This document shows positions 38,604 to 52,269 of a stretch of DNA of 64,000 nt, one piece after another. The position numbers were made by a program, and so were the translations under genes. The notes under the pieces are model-generated. The model was not told the origin of the DNA. It worked only from the letters and a program-made list of their open reading frames with translations, and did not search any database. This DNA is from Eledone cirrhosa (lineage: Eukaryota), in the NCBI GenBank assembly GCA_964016885.1, contig OZ024759.1:23684001-23748000 (forward strand). The letters are read 5' to 3'. Numbering within the stretch: position 1 is the first letter of the stretch; every line of letters starts with the position of its first letter.

Positions 38604-41600
38604 CTAGCAGTTTAGCCCGGCGTTGCTCGGGTTTATTCATTTGTTATGAAAAGTTACATACAGGTAAACGTGGCTTGAAAGCGAATAAGCTTATCAATTA
38701 AGTGCACAAAGCAGTTGAACTGGTTATTAAAAGTTACGAACCAATTAGCATTTTGGACAATCAATGATGGGTTAATAATCTTCCAATAGCGAATTTAGTA
38801 GACCAAAGTTGCAAGATGGTGGCCTTGATGCCGCTGGGTGTCACATCTGTCCGCCATGGGTGACCCTACCAGGAAATAGTTTTCAAGACGGCATAGCTCC
38901 AAAACGTCCTACACCTGCACCAACATCTATAGCACCTCTTTGTAGACGATATTGCGTGTCATCTCTTGAGGAGTGTAAGCAAAAAGTCCATTCCTGCTCC
39001 CGACGTGGGAACAGGCAACATAAAGTTGACCATGGGAGAAGCATGCTCCCCCAAATGGATGCCCGCCACCGACAATGTTTGCCCTTGTGACTTGTTAATG
39101 GACATGGCAAAACATGGTCTCATCGGGAATTGGGATCGCCGGAAATCGAACGGGATATCTGACGCCCAAGGGAAAAGGTTCATCCTTGGAATGAAAACAT
39201 TCTCCCCTCTCCCGCACCCCGTTACAATGGTGGCCTCAAACATGTGGGACGTCATTGACTTGACGACCATGCGAGTACCGTTGCACTGCTTTGGTGGGCG
39301 CAAGTTCCTTATTAGTATAATGCGACAGCCAACCCTAAGCTTAAGAATGTGAGGTGGGAGCCATGGAGGCTCAAGGGAATTTAATAACTCAACCGGATAA
39401 TTAACGATATCGTCGGGGTCTGACGTCCGGTCGATAGATTTGAAGATGTGCTCTTTACCAGGAATTTTCTCAAACAGCTGCTCGTTAATAAAATTAACCA
39501 TGGCATTTTTCGGAGCAAGGATGACTCTTTCGCTGAGCCAATCAAAGTTTTTAAAGTTAAATGAGACATTAGGAAAAACTGCCTCCCAAAGGTCAGAAGG
39601 GCTGCTCACAATGTTGCACAGGGAGTCGATTGCTATGCCGCCCTTGACATCCGCAGGGACCTTGCCCTCACCAAGTGCTAAAGTGTTCTGAACAAATGCT
39701 GCAGACATATTATCACCATGCAAATGAGCACGCATATTTGTGCTCAGGTACAAAGTCTTCACCTGGGGTCACAACGTGGACGACTTAAGGCAGGCACGCA
39801 CTTCATCAGCTCTTGTCCCTTTGGGGATGACAGGAAGCGTTTGCCGAAAATCCCCTGATAGCAGAAGGGTTACGCCACCCATAGGAGCCGTAGAATCCCT
39901 AATGTCTTTCAGGGTCCTGTCCAATGCCTCAAGGGCACCCTTGTGTGCCATTGTGCACTAATCCCAAACAATGAGGCAACATTTTTTGAGAACCAGGGCT
40001 TCGTGTGAGCTCTTGCTGATATTGAATGTTGGTGTCTCAGTTTTTACTAAATCCAAGGGGGGTTTAAAGGTTGAATGTGCTGTCCTGCCTCCCGGCAGCA
40101 AAGTAGCAGCGATCCCGGACGATGCAACGGCCAACGCAATTTTTTTCTCCTGACGAATCTTAGCGGGAATCAATTTTGTTACAAAAGTTTTTCCGGTACC
40201 CCCAGGAGCATCGAGAAAGTAAATACCCCCAGTCTGATTTTGAACCGCGTCAATGATAGTTAAATAGGCCAACCTTTGGGCCGACAGACGTTTGGGCTCA
40301 TTTTCCTCTAAGTATTGGAAAAGAGATTCGATGTCATATGCTGTTTCCCGCAACAAATCCGGGGCCAACGTGTTAGCTTCATCTGTGACGGTTGACGGCA
40401 CGCCATACGTCGCCAACTCACTCCCACCCATGTCGAGGAGGGCGTCCTCGATATCAATGAGTGCCCTGTTGTAGATAATGCCGCTGTAAGCAACTTCCAC
40501 TGAAGGATACTGCAGATGAGCCAGGCGCAGGAAATCCTCAGACATGAAGTCTCTGTACTTGACCCATAAAGATTTGGGATCACCCAATTCACACTTTTGA
40601 AGCAAAATGGCAAAGAGTTCCCGTAGACCTTTAGGTGATTTCAACAAAGTACCCTCTGCTAAAGTGGAATCCCATTGCGAATCATCTTCCAAAAGACCAC
40701 GCTTAAAGCAGGCTTCCCGGTACGTATCACATATTTCTCCATCAACAGTTTTGAGGTCCTGAAAATGTTGTGGGCCTACAACTTCATGCAGAAGAAGGCG
40801 GAGATGAAAGCACTCATGCTGACTTGGGGGCCCTTCCAAGACAGCTGTCAAATTTTACACCAGGATGTCTTTCAACAGCCTGACCTGACTTTCTTCGCAC
40901 CCAAGTGTTTTTCGACCATATAAAATCGGTTGGAACCTGGGGATACACAATTGTTTGCGCAAATGTATCGAACTGGCAAAGTTTGAAGAAACCTGTCAGA
41001 GTGGTCTCTTTCGGATCGGCGGACAGCTTGGCGGCGGTTTGGTCCGTAAAGTAAACCCTTTGCCCATTTTCCAAATGTACCGCAAGCTGTACGATGGCGG
41101 CGTGTCGTTGGTGTAGGGGGAAACCAAATAGGCGCCAAAAAGCTTCAGGTATTCGGTGACCTCATCAGAGACCTTATTTACATATTTGCATATGTATTTT
41201 ATAGACTTGACGGAGTTGCAAAACTCAACGTTGATGTGGCCGTTGAACATCTTCAAGAGAAGCGGGCAGTAAGGGATCACCCATCTATTGTCGACTTGAC
41301 CTCCCTTTACTGTTGTGGTGAAGCCACCGTTCTCGGGCCGTCTCCGCCTGTACATGGGGTACCCATCGCCACCAGTCTGAGTCTCGTCAACAAATTTTTG
41401 GGGGTATCCCTTACTGCACGACCCCCCTTTCAGACACGTGTGATGCTCATTGGGACCCGACGCACACGGACCATGTTAGCTTTGACGATGTCATGTAATT
41501 CCTGGTCAGTTGCTGGGTTAGGGATTTCAGCCGAAATGAAGCTGTCTATGGCATTTGAATTGATTTTATCAGCTAACCAAATCAAAATGTGAGCATGTGG

Positions 41601-41880
41601 CAGCCCTCGTTTTTGCCATTCGACGGTGAACATGTCACATTTTACAGCCCCAAATACCTGACCTTTTTGATTAAAGCCATGAGTTTAGCCAGTTTCAGTC
41701 TGAACACTCTGGCAATGAGGTCATGTCTGTTCGAATAATTTTGCCCAGGAAAAAGTTCATTCCGATTCATGTCTATAGCATTAATATGTTATATGAAGTG
41801 TTATTTTGCGGGATGTTATTTGCAATAAGCCGATTGAAAATGCTCCAGATAAGCCGTATGCTAATACGGAACGCTCCACT
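38604..41880 (-). mobile_element. Helitron (RepHel pseudogene) with intact 3' terminus
   Basis: Rep motifs VEWQKRGLPHAHIL, YRRR, KYICKYVNK. Pif1 motifs DAPGGTGKTF, ASSGIAATLL, GDFRQTLPV, FAMSINKSQGQT. The 3' hairpin cccgagcaacgccggg is followed by CTAG|T at 38604. Confidence 0.93.
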
Positions 41881-42541
41881 GCAGTGTTGTCATATGAGTA
41901 TTACCCCATAATTTAATATCTACCTTAGCCTTAACTTGGGGGATAATACGATCTAATATGTACTTACTAATCCTACCTATATCGGACTTTGAAGGACATA
42001 TTAATCTAATTTTAGGGTTAGTATCGAAGTTATCCTTATGGTCCTTCAGATTAAAAGTCGGTGTAGCTGGGGATAGGGGTACCGTTCTGTCGTCAATTTT
42101 CAGTTTCCTAACAATATCACATGCTGCGTTATTAATGTTGGTTAGTGTAGTTGCGTTTGTTTTTTTGTATTTCCTATGTAATTCCTTACGTATAAAATTG
42201 TTATATGTTTCTACATCCAGGGTGTATAGATTCGAAGTTTTGTCTGCCTTTATGATAATTCCTTTGGTATTCTTTAGGTTGTTGAGTAGAGTTTTAATAT
42301 CTCGTTGCAGTTCGTTTTTCCTTCCGTTTGTAAATTTGATTCCGGTTATCATTTTCATTAAGTCCTGTTCGAAAGAATCCAAAAGAGGGTTAGAGGGTGG
42401 GTTTTTGTAGGATTTGAAACCAAACTTCTCGTTGTTGGTGTCCGAAGTTTGTGTAATCCTTTTCCGATCGAAGTGGAAGGCCTTCCATCTAATCCGCCGA
42501 ATAAATTCGTTGGTCCTTTGTATCAGACCTTCAACGAGCAT
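41880..42541 (-). pseudogene. Naiad-type PLE N-terminal (pre-RT) segment, inverted
   Basis: LIQRTNEFIRRIRWKA..FGFKS..KADKTSNLY..LKDHKDNFDTNPKIRLICPSKSDIGRISK. Confidence 0.85.
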
Positions 42542-44025
42542 GCTGAATATTATAATGACGCACTTAGAAAAGCTGGTTACTGCGAGAAAATTGAATATCT
42601 AGACGATAACCACATAAGTACTATGAATAAAACACATCTAAGTCGAACTAGTATTGCACCACACACACACATGAATAGGCATTCTAACAGGTGCAAACCA
42701 GCAAATAGAGTCAGACGTAGAGAGTACATATGGTATAACCCCGTGTACAATTCTTCTATTAGCACTAAGATTATCTCACAATTCTATACACTAATCAATA
42801 AACACTTTACAACTTCACATAAATACTATAAAATCTTTAACTCGCGCACCATTAGACTCTCATACTCCACTGCACCTAACATAGAACAACTAATTAGAAA
42901 ACTCAACTCAGCAATACTGAATAAGTACATCCCTAATGACTCAGCGCACCAGCATAGCAACATGCAACGCACTAACACGCAACCGCAACCCCACCAAACT
43001 ATCCAGGATTCTACTGCAAAACATAAAAATAGTTGTAACTGCACCAAACCAGGTACGTGCCCACTGAATAACCAGTGCCTAGCACGCAATATTGTCTACC
43101 GGTGTACAATAAATTCCGGGACCAACAAATGGTATTACGTCGGATGTACCGCAACTTCTTTCAAGGCTCGCCTATACCAACATCGATCTTCGATCAGGCA
43201 CGAGAAAATGCGCTCCGTAACAACCCTCGCCGATAAAGCCTGGCAGCTTCGGAGGAACAATCAAGCGTTCTCCCTTGATTGGCAAATTATTGCAGCTGCG
43301 CCTGCATATCAGCAAAATCATCGATTCTGCAAGTTATGCAATTTAGAGATATACTGCATTTTAACGTCGGTAAACAAACTTTTGAACAGCAAAATTGAAC
43401 GTTCTCTATACTGTAACCATCGTTTGAAAACGACTTTTTCTTTTTTTAAATGCATATAATGTTACCTTTTTACACCAACGTTTGCAAATTTCTGTCTTAT
43501 ATGTTTATACACTAGATATGGCTTTCTATAATAATAGTACTAAACACTGTTTTTCTGGACCCCTTTAGAAATAACCTGCTACTATAATAGCCCTAATAAC
43601 TTGTCTGTGACATTGTACCACTTTGACCCCTCTAACTAAATTTTGTCCGAACAACACCACTAGAAGTATCTACTTCCCAGCCAACCTTAGCACGCCTCAT
43701 TAAGCTAACTGCTGCCAAAACATTCTCTCTTCACAATCTCTACTAGTCTGACAGTCTTAAACCCTAAGACTCCCTCCACCTTACTCACTTCCCTCTTCCC
43801 CTTCTCTTCCTACCTCCTTCTTTATCTTTTATCTAGTGTATAAAATATTTTCATATCATTCTAATACAAAGGTCTGATGACATGGTGTGTTAGCTTACAG
43901 TGTACTTTCGGTTTTTGATAATATTTGTGTATTATTCAAATAGCGAGGTATAGGTAACTCATACACTATAGAAACAATTGTTACCTAATAAATTCTATAT
44001 ACCCGCATTTCCATTTCGTAAATTT
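42541..44025 (+). mobile_element. Naiad-type PLE C-terminal segment (thumb, GIY-YIG) plus 3' terminal repeat
   Basis: YNDALRKAGY..IWYNPVY..SCNCTKPGTCPLNNQCLARNIVYRC..YYVGCTATSFKARLYQH..CKLCNLE..LLNSKIE..CNH, stop at 43459. Confidence 0.88.
43870..43986 (+). ncRNA. Hammerhead ribozyme with 90-nt stem II
   Basis: aggt-CTGATGA (43874-80)-catggtgtgt...atacactata-GAAA (43971-74)-caatt-GTT-acct, in the Naiad 3' UTR. Confidence 0.72.
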
Positions 44026-44027
44026 TT

Positions 44028-44081
<54 letters not shown>

Positions 44082-44099
44082 TGTATATAAATACAATAT

Positions 44100-44676
44100 A
44101 TATATATGAATGTATGTATAGTATATTTGCCAATATACCGTATGTTTAATTAAAACATTTAGAAGACGATACGCTATCAGTTTTAAAGTACTGACTATGT
44201 CACTTACTTATTTTCGGTGAAAGAGAAAGAGGGAGAGAGGTTGACAGTCTGTTTCACGCTGGTTGGCGTTCATCTGAACCACGCACTCCCCTGCTTCCGC
44301 CAAAAATTATAGAAGCTGGATTCTTATAGAATTACCGTAATAATCAGGAGCTGATTATACAGAGCGATTACCGGTCCAGCAAAAATGAGGAATTAGGATT
44401 GGTGCTCTGGATTATTATTATATAATCGGCTCCTCATTATTACTGGAATTCTATAATAATCCAGCTTCTATAATTTTCGGTGGAAGCAGGGGAGTGCGTG
44501 GTTCTGATGAACGCCAACCAGCGTGAAACAGACTGTCAACCTCTCTCCCTCTTTCACCGAAAATAAGTAAGTCACATAGTCACTACTTTAAAACTGATAG
44601 CGTATGGTCTTCTAAATGTTTTAATTAAACATACAGTATATTGCCAAATACACTATACATGTATTCATTTATATAT
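44100..44676. repeat. Large fold-back element with ~255-bp arms and ~60-bp spacer
   Basis: 44100-44358 is the slightly diverged reverse complement of 44420-44676. Each arm carries an HHR. Confidence 0.88.
44500..44541 (+). ncRNA. Minimal hammerhead ribozyme with canonical core
   Basis: ggtt-CTGATGA-acgc caacca gcgt-GAAA-cagact-GTC-aacc. The antisense twin at 44239-44280 has CAGATGA. Confidence 0.82.
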
Positions 44677-44703
44677 CGCTATTTTAGAGCAGCAATCCTA
44701 ATT

Positions 44704-44754
<51 letters not shown>

Positions 44755-45248
44755 CACTGGGTAATTGCTGGCCTTGTGCCTAAAGTAGAAACAATTATTA
44801 CGGGGTCGATAAAATAAAGTACCAGTAATGTACTGGGTAATTTGCTGGCCTTGTGCCAAAAGTAGAAACAATTATTATTATCGATAGTGTTTTCCCCAGC
44901 ATCCGAGGTAGACTTAGATGGTACAGGTGGTGTCAAATTTCTTACAGGTATACTTGTTTCAAGGCACTGTTCAGCCTGGCCGCTAGGAGTACTTGAAGGA
45001 AGACAGACAAACGCGGAGGTATAAGATAAAAGAAATATCACTTTAATAAAAAAAAGGGCCCACGTGGTTCAAAACATATCAATGATTTAAAATATGAACG
45101 GACACAGACAGTCCCCTCTCAACAGTGTTTCAGTGCTTTAAGATCGATACTTCATTTTATTAATGTTTGCATATTGTTTATCTCTTCTTCTATCTGGCTA
45201 ATCAATATCTTGAGTCACATTGTGACACCTAATATTACATTTAAAGTG

Positions 45249-45580
45249 AAGGCACATGGCTTAGTGGTTAGAGCATTGGGCTTGCAAACGGAAGGTTGTG
45301 AGCTCGATTCTCGGACCAGGTGATGCGTTGTGTCCTTGTGCAAGGCACTTTATTTCACGTTGCTCCAATTTACTCAGCTGTAGAAATGAGTTGTGACGTC
45401 ACTGGTGCCAAGCTGTATCGGCCATTGCCTTTCCCTTGGACAACATCTATGGTGTGGAGTGAGGAAGCTGGTATGCATGGGCGACTGCTGTCTTCCACAA
45501 ACAACCTTGCCAGGACTTGTGCCGTGGAGGGGAACTTTCTAGGTGCAAATCCCATGGTCATTGGGGACCGAAAAGGTTAT
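45249..45580 (+). mobile_element. tRNA-derived SINE (family F)
   Basis: A box tggcttagtggttag, B-box-like agctcgattc, CORE-like gtgtccttgtgcaaggcactt. Confidence 0.7.
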
Positions 45581-46900
45581 CTCTCAGTGGAAGATCAGTG
45601 CACTACAGTAAAATATGAAGTGTTACTAAGTGAAATGATTTTAACGGTATGAATATATACCAGACAAACTATATATATATATATAGAATGACATGATGCT
45701 GAATGAAAATAAAAGTAATATATATAAACATACCCATACCGACCATAATTAAATATGGAATGATACGCGATGCGGGTATAATACGGGTATTTAGTTAAAA
45801 CGTAAATATAGTTAAATAGTCTATGAAATAAGTAATCCAAATTCTTTTATATTTAGTTACATTATAACTTCAGCATTTATGGATAAATATCTAAAATTTA
45901 AAATAGTATCTAAGTAAATTGAATCTAACATAACAGTTATACAAGCCGAAGTTGAAGCATATAGAGAATATCTCCCCACGCCCCTCCCATTGTAAAGCGG
46001 TAGTGTAGGTGTCACGACAAAAAGCACCCAGTCCACACTGTAAAGTGGTCGTGTAGGCACCACGGTAAAAAAAGCACCCAGTACTCACTGTAAATGAGAT
46101 TGGTTTTAGGAAGGGCATCCAGCTGTAGAAACCGAGCCAAAATCAGTCCTGTATGAGCAAGACATGGACACTTGACCTGGCATTGCCCACAACAGGACAA
46201 CCCGTCTAACCCATGCTAGCGTCGAAATACTGATTGCCAGATAAATTAACTATGGAGATATAAAAGATACAGAAGCGAAAACCAACCCAAACCAAACAGT
46301 GAGTGTGTTCTGTTATTATTTCTGGAAATATTATAACAATATGGCCCTCCCCAAATATAACAATATTTATTTCAGCACACGATTTCATATCAAAAACCTT
46401 GCAAAACAAATATATATATATATGATGGCTGCCCCCTCGTTATCGAGTATGGCCATTGCACGATATATCATTATTAATTAATTCTATCGTGCAATGCCTG
46501 TGCCTGAACATATATTTTAAAGTGAGGAAAGACTGTGCACTGAGCCAATCCCACTCTCTGAGCGACAGTAGCTATAATCCGAAAAGAAGAAAAGATCAAC
46601 ATCATCGGTAACTACTGAGCCGCAGGTTTTATATCGGAGTTATCCCAGTTTCCTGAGTTGCCTTCTCCTAGAAGAATGCCCTGACAAAGGCTAGGGGTCC
46701 TTCACTCCCAGTGGTTTAACCGCGCGATCGGGTGTCCAGCCCGACTATTTCTATGTCCCCGCGCATATACATATACATGCACCCATGCATATACACATAT
46801 ACATATACATACAATGGGCATGTGCATATACATATTTACACACTTTTGGATGGCCGTTGACTCTTATGAGTTCTTCAGCCCTTTGTATATATATATATAC

Positions 46901-46960
<60 letters not shown>

Positions 46961-46962
46961 GT

Positions 46963-47012
<50 letters not shown>

Positions 47013-47013
<1 letters not shown>

Positions 47014-47205
47014 TAATAATTGTTTCTACGTTAGGCACAAGGCCAGCAATTACCCAGTGCATTACTGGTACTTTATTTTATCGACCCCGTAAGGATGAAA
47101 GGCAAAGTCAACCTCGGCGGGATTTGAACTCAGATCGTAAAGGGACGTAACTATGCTGGAAAGCAGGGCGTCCAACCCTCTACCGATACTGCCATTCCAC
47201 CGCCC
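47013..47205 (-). mobile_element. Full-length SINE D with target-site duplication
   Basis: Flanked on both sides by tatcagtaataat. Confidence 0.85.
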
Positions 47206-47255
47206 TTATCAGTAATAATAATAAATACAAAGGCCAAAGAGGACGCGATAACTGT

Positions 47256-47347
<92 letters not shown>

Positions 47348-47484
47348 TATATATAAATCCGTAGAGCAAATATTTATTAGTGGCAGATTAAAAGTTTAAG
47401 CAAACAATTTCTGCTTTAACCTTCAACAAGATTATATATATATAATCTCGAAGTGGGCTCGATAAGGGTAATATATATATATAA

Positions 47485-48405
47485 ACGGATAAACTGTAAA
47501 ACTAGAAACGTAGTCTATAGCATAAGATGTACAGAGGGTACTTGCAGAAACATGACAACAACATACATAGGTGAGACAGCTCGTAGCATAGGTGAAAGGA
47601 TAGACCAACACTGGGAGGAACTAAAAGGACGAAAAAACGGGTCAGTACTATACGAACATGCTAGACAACAACATGACGGTAACATAGACAACATAGAAAT
47701 TAGAATAATATCTAAACATAGGAATGACCCAGCAGATAGGCAAATCAGAGAGGTCAGTGAAATAGAAATTAGAAGACCAAAGCTAAACAGAAAGAATGAG
47801 TGGAACAACAACAACACCCAAACAAACAACACTGACCTAAGAGAAGTATAAATAAGTAAATAAAATTAAATAAAATAAGATAAATAAATACATACACAAG
47901 CACAATAACAACAAGCACATAAACACACACTAGTCACCCAGCAGACACAACACTATACACACTAGTCACACATCACACATAACACTATACACACACGCAA
48001 ACGCATGCGCAAAGAAGACAAAATAAAATAAGATAAACAAACAAGCAAATAAATAAATAAATATATAGACAGACTGAACAAAAAAAAACAAAAAAAAAAT
48101 GGCGTAGACATACAACACAACAGGAGGAACAATGAATATAACACCACTGACGATGTTGCAGATGTGCAACGAAAGATTTATGTAAATTATGTAAACTATA
48201 TATATATATATATGTGTTTGTGTCTATATTGTATCTGTATTATTTTTGACCGCCGGTCAGTCAATGGCAACATTGAGGACCGAGTAAGTTAGATCGCAGA
48301 TATAATAAAAGACAGCGAGAAGCGAAAACCAACCAAACAGTGAGTGTGTTCTGTTATTAATTCTGGCAATATTACGCAAATATGACCCTCCCCAAGTATA
48401 ACAAT
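47485..48405 (+). mobile_element. PLE GIY-YIG fragment plus 3' terminal repeat (related to 35073)
   Basis: NCKTRNVVYSIRCTEGTC..YIGETARSIGERIDQH..PKLNRKNEW. HHR-like CTGACGA-t gttgca gatg tgcaac-GAAA-ga-TTT at 48147-48180. The tail gaccctccccaagtataacaa(ta)n recurs at 46340 and 53865. Confidence 0.82.
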
Positions 48406-48473
48406 ATATATATATATATATAAATATATATATATATAAACACCGATTCTTTGCTTAAACTTTAATCTGTTCT

Positions 48474-48528
<55 letters not shown>

Positions 48529-48779
48529 CGTTTCTAAATTTGTTTAGCAATATTCTTTATCTGAAATCGTGTGTTGAAACCGATATTGTTATACTTTGGG
48601 AGGGTCATGTTGCCAATAAGAAACACACGCACCAGTAACTTTCACTTCAATTTATTATAATAAATTTATAAATTTATAAATTTATTATAATAAATTGAAG
48701 TGAAAGCAACATGACCCTCCCAAAGTATAACAATATATATATATATATAAGAACAGATTAAAGTTTAAGCAAAGAATCG

Positions 48780-48844
<65 letters not shown>

Positions 48845-48997
48845 TAACAGATTAAAGTTTAAGCAAAGAATCGCTGCTTTCACCCTTAACGGGATCTTCT
48901 GTTATTTTAATAAATATTTGCTCTACGGTTCTTATATATATATATATTTATCCTTATAGAACCCTCTTTTGATTTTAGTCTTCACATTTATTATTAT

Positions 48998-49040
<43 letters not shown>

Positions 49041-49511
49041 AATGCATTATATAGAAACACAATGTTCTTTCCTTGTTTATAGATCCGACCCCCTGAACGA
49101 AAAACATTCGTCATTAATCCCTTCCTTTCATCCCTCTCCCTTAGAATTTGAAATCCCTTTCTCCGGGAAACCAAGTGTGCCACTCGTTCCAAAATCACTG
49201 ACTGCTCTGTCAGTTCGCTGTAGTTGAAATGATAAAATGTAACAGCAACCCGCCCCCATCTTCAAAATATACGTCTATAGAAAGAAAATATGTCAAATGC
49301 AAAAGTTAGCAGGAAAAGCTTTGTTGAACATCAGATAAACTCTTTCGTGTAAGTATATAACATGTTAGCAGTCTAAGCAATTTGGTATTGAATTTCTTTA
49401 TGTATAATTTTTTTTCTCACTAATTTTAACCAAGTTCTTTTTTCTTTACATTTTCTTATTTTACATTCTATTCTTTCTTCTCAAACAAATTTTTTTCTTT
49501 TTCTATTAAAT

Positions 49512-49595
<84 letters not shown>

Positions 49596-49734
49596 ATTAT
49601 ATATATATACTCATTAATTATTATTATTATTATTATATATATACCCCCCACACACACACACACACTCTCTCAAGAGCGTGAAACTAATAAACCTTTGTTC
49701 GTACTGCCTCTCTGTTTTGTTCCCGTTCCATTTT

Positions 49735-49780
<46 letters not shown>

Positions 49781-50409
49781 TGTCTCTTTGTAATCGAACG
49801 TAGCATCATAAAATAAAGTATCTCTAATAATTATTATGCTTTGCGGCATAGAGTTACGGACCTTTACGCTGTGAGTTCGAATCCCGCCGAGGTTAACTTT
49901 ACCATTCATCCTTACGGGGTCAATAAGATAAAGTATCAGTAATGCACTGGAGTCGATTTAATCGACTTTCCCCTACCCCTAAATTACTGGCCTTGTGCCT
50001 ATACTAGAAATCATTATTATACACGATTTATTTCGTTTGCATTTATAACAAGATTTCCTTCATGACACACAAAAATATACTATCAAAACCCCCCAAAAAA
50101 CCTCATCAATTTAACACTAAGTGCGTCAATCGGCCACACCCCCACAAGGGGTATCGGAACCTCCCTCTAATACATTTGCTCACCATACGGAGAGATGGAG
50201 GCGATGATAGTGGAAGTTCGGCTGTTCTTTCATGTTTACTTAGGTTACTATTTTCTATTATATATACACAACATTACTGTACTATTTATCATAAGAATAT
50301 ATATATATATATATATATAGTTTTGCGAGGTTTTTTATATGAAATTGTGTCGAAATATTTATCATTTATATATATAAATGATTTTAGATAGCTAAATAAA
50401 TATTCCAAT

Positions 50410-50625
50410 TGAGATATACATTTTCCAGCCTGTGGTTTTCGAGACGTTTAGTGGGGGGGGGGGGGAGTCGGGCTGCTGACTGCGAGTTTCCTCTCTTCAC
50501 TGGCGGCTCGCCTAATAGAGATAACTGACGAATCTCGCGAGGGCGCTTGGTTGTTCCAGCGTATCAGCCTCGCCATCACCCGAGGCAACGCTGCGAGTGT
50601 GCTGGCTTGCCTCAAAAATCATTAG
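50410..50625 (+). pseudogene. CRE-like non-LTR retrotransposon C-terminal fragment (restriction-like endonuclease type)
   Basis: Manual translation gives FQPVVFETF.. and LTASFLSSLAARLIEITDESREGAWLFQRISLAITRGNAASVLACLKNH*, matching the CRE-type QR.S.A..RGNA terminus. Confidence 0.7.
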
Positions 50626-51855
50626 AGAGGTTGCCCATTACTCCTCGCGACGCTGCTGTCTTTTGCTCTGGTGGTGGCTCAGTTGTTCACCCCTACCTTT
50701 ATATTTTCTTTAATATTGCAACATGAAAGGAATATATCCTTCTGAAAGAACCACGAGCAATTTATAATGTTATTTAAGCATTTGTAGTGTTATTCATGTA
50801 TATACATATATATGTACATATATTCATATATATGTACATATTTGTTATGTTATTCTACTGTAAATTTATGTATATGGTTTGTATATTAATTGTATTTATT
50901 TATATTTTCATTCTGTAAAGAATTATAAACAATTTGTAATATTATTTTTACAACTGTGAATAAAGGTTCATTTCTCAAGGACTTCGGTGACAGAATTGTA
51001 GAATAAATATCAGAACGGATATATTTTATTTTAAATACGTTCGCTCCGTTTAGACTATGTAAACATCAACTCTATCGTTTACCGTCCTTTTACTCTCTTC
51101 AACTCTTCCACCTTTGTCACCAACAGGGGCCTCGTTTGCCTTTAAAATGTGAGGGGGACAAACATTTAAAGGAGCATGTTAGTATTGCTTATGGTGCCTT
51201 TTCCTGGACCCTATAACATAAGTAAAGTTTTATGCTAATTAAATTTGACATATTCAAATGAAGTTCATATATTAAAAAAATAAGCTTAAAAAGAATTTAT
51301 TATATCAAATAAACAAAAAACAAAAGATGGTTTGTCACCCGTTCCTGAAAAAGTGTGTGTGTGGGGCGGGGGGGGGGGGGGCTGGTACCCCCCTGAAACA
51401 AAGCCCTTCGTCACCAATATAAATAGAATTTGTTATGTTTGACCTATTTATTTATTTATTTATTTTTAGTCTTTGTTATAAACCTTTCTTTCATACAAAA
51501 AAAAAAATCCATATTGTATCGTCTTTATTGTCCTCTTAATGTAGGACCTGTGTGGCAAATAAACAAACCATTATCGGTAGACGGTCGGACCCCATGCTTT
51601 GCAGCAAAGAGTTACGACCCTTTATGGTCTGAGTTCAAATCCCGCCGAGATTAACTTTACCTTTCATCCTTACGGGGGTTGATAAATTAATGTACCAGTA
51701 ATACACTGGTATAATTGCTGGCCTTTTTGCCTAAAGTAGAAACAATTATTTGTATTACTATGGTTATGGTTTCTATGTAGAGTTAACCGCATAAATCAAT
51801 GTTTCTTTCAGGACAAGATGACGTTCATCTATTAAAATAATTTACTAATCATATA

Positions 51856-52245
51856 AATAATTATTTCTACTTTTGGCACAAGGCCAGCAATTACCCCAGT
51901 ACATTACTGGTACTTTATTTTATCGACCCTGTAAGGATGAAAGGCAAAGTTAACCTCGGCGGGATTTGAACTCAGAATGGCAAGGGCCGTAACTCCATGC
52001 GTCAAAGCATGGCGTCCGACCCTCTACCGATACTGCCAATCCACCGCCCACTAATCATATAAATAATTGTTTCTACTATTGGCACAAGGCCAGCGATTAT
52101 CCAGTACATTACTGGTACTTTATTTTATCGACCCCGTAAGGATGAAAGGCAAAGTTAACCTCGACGGGATTTGAACTCAGAAATGGCAAGGGTCGTAACT
52201 CTATGCGTCAAAGCATGGCGTCCGACCCTCTACCGATACTGCCAA
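51856..52245 (-). mobile_element. Two tandem SINE D copies
   Basis: Near-identical units, each preceded by actaatcatataaataat. Another plus-strand copy lies at 51570-51750. Confidence 0.85.
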
Positions 52246-52269
52246 AAATAATGTTACCATTGTCTAGTT

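Noticed and set aside
32947-43459. Selenocysteine recoding, reported for some Naiad PLEs
   Set aside because: The conserved cysteines (CNC, CPL, CL, CKLC, CNH) are normal Cys codons in the readable frames, and no SECIS was recognised.
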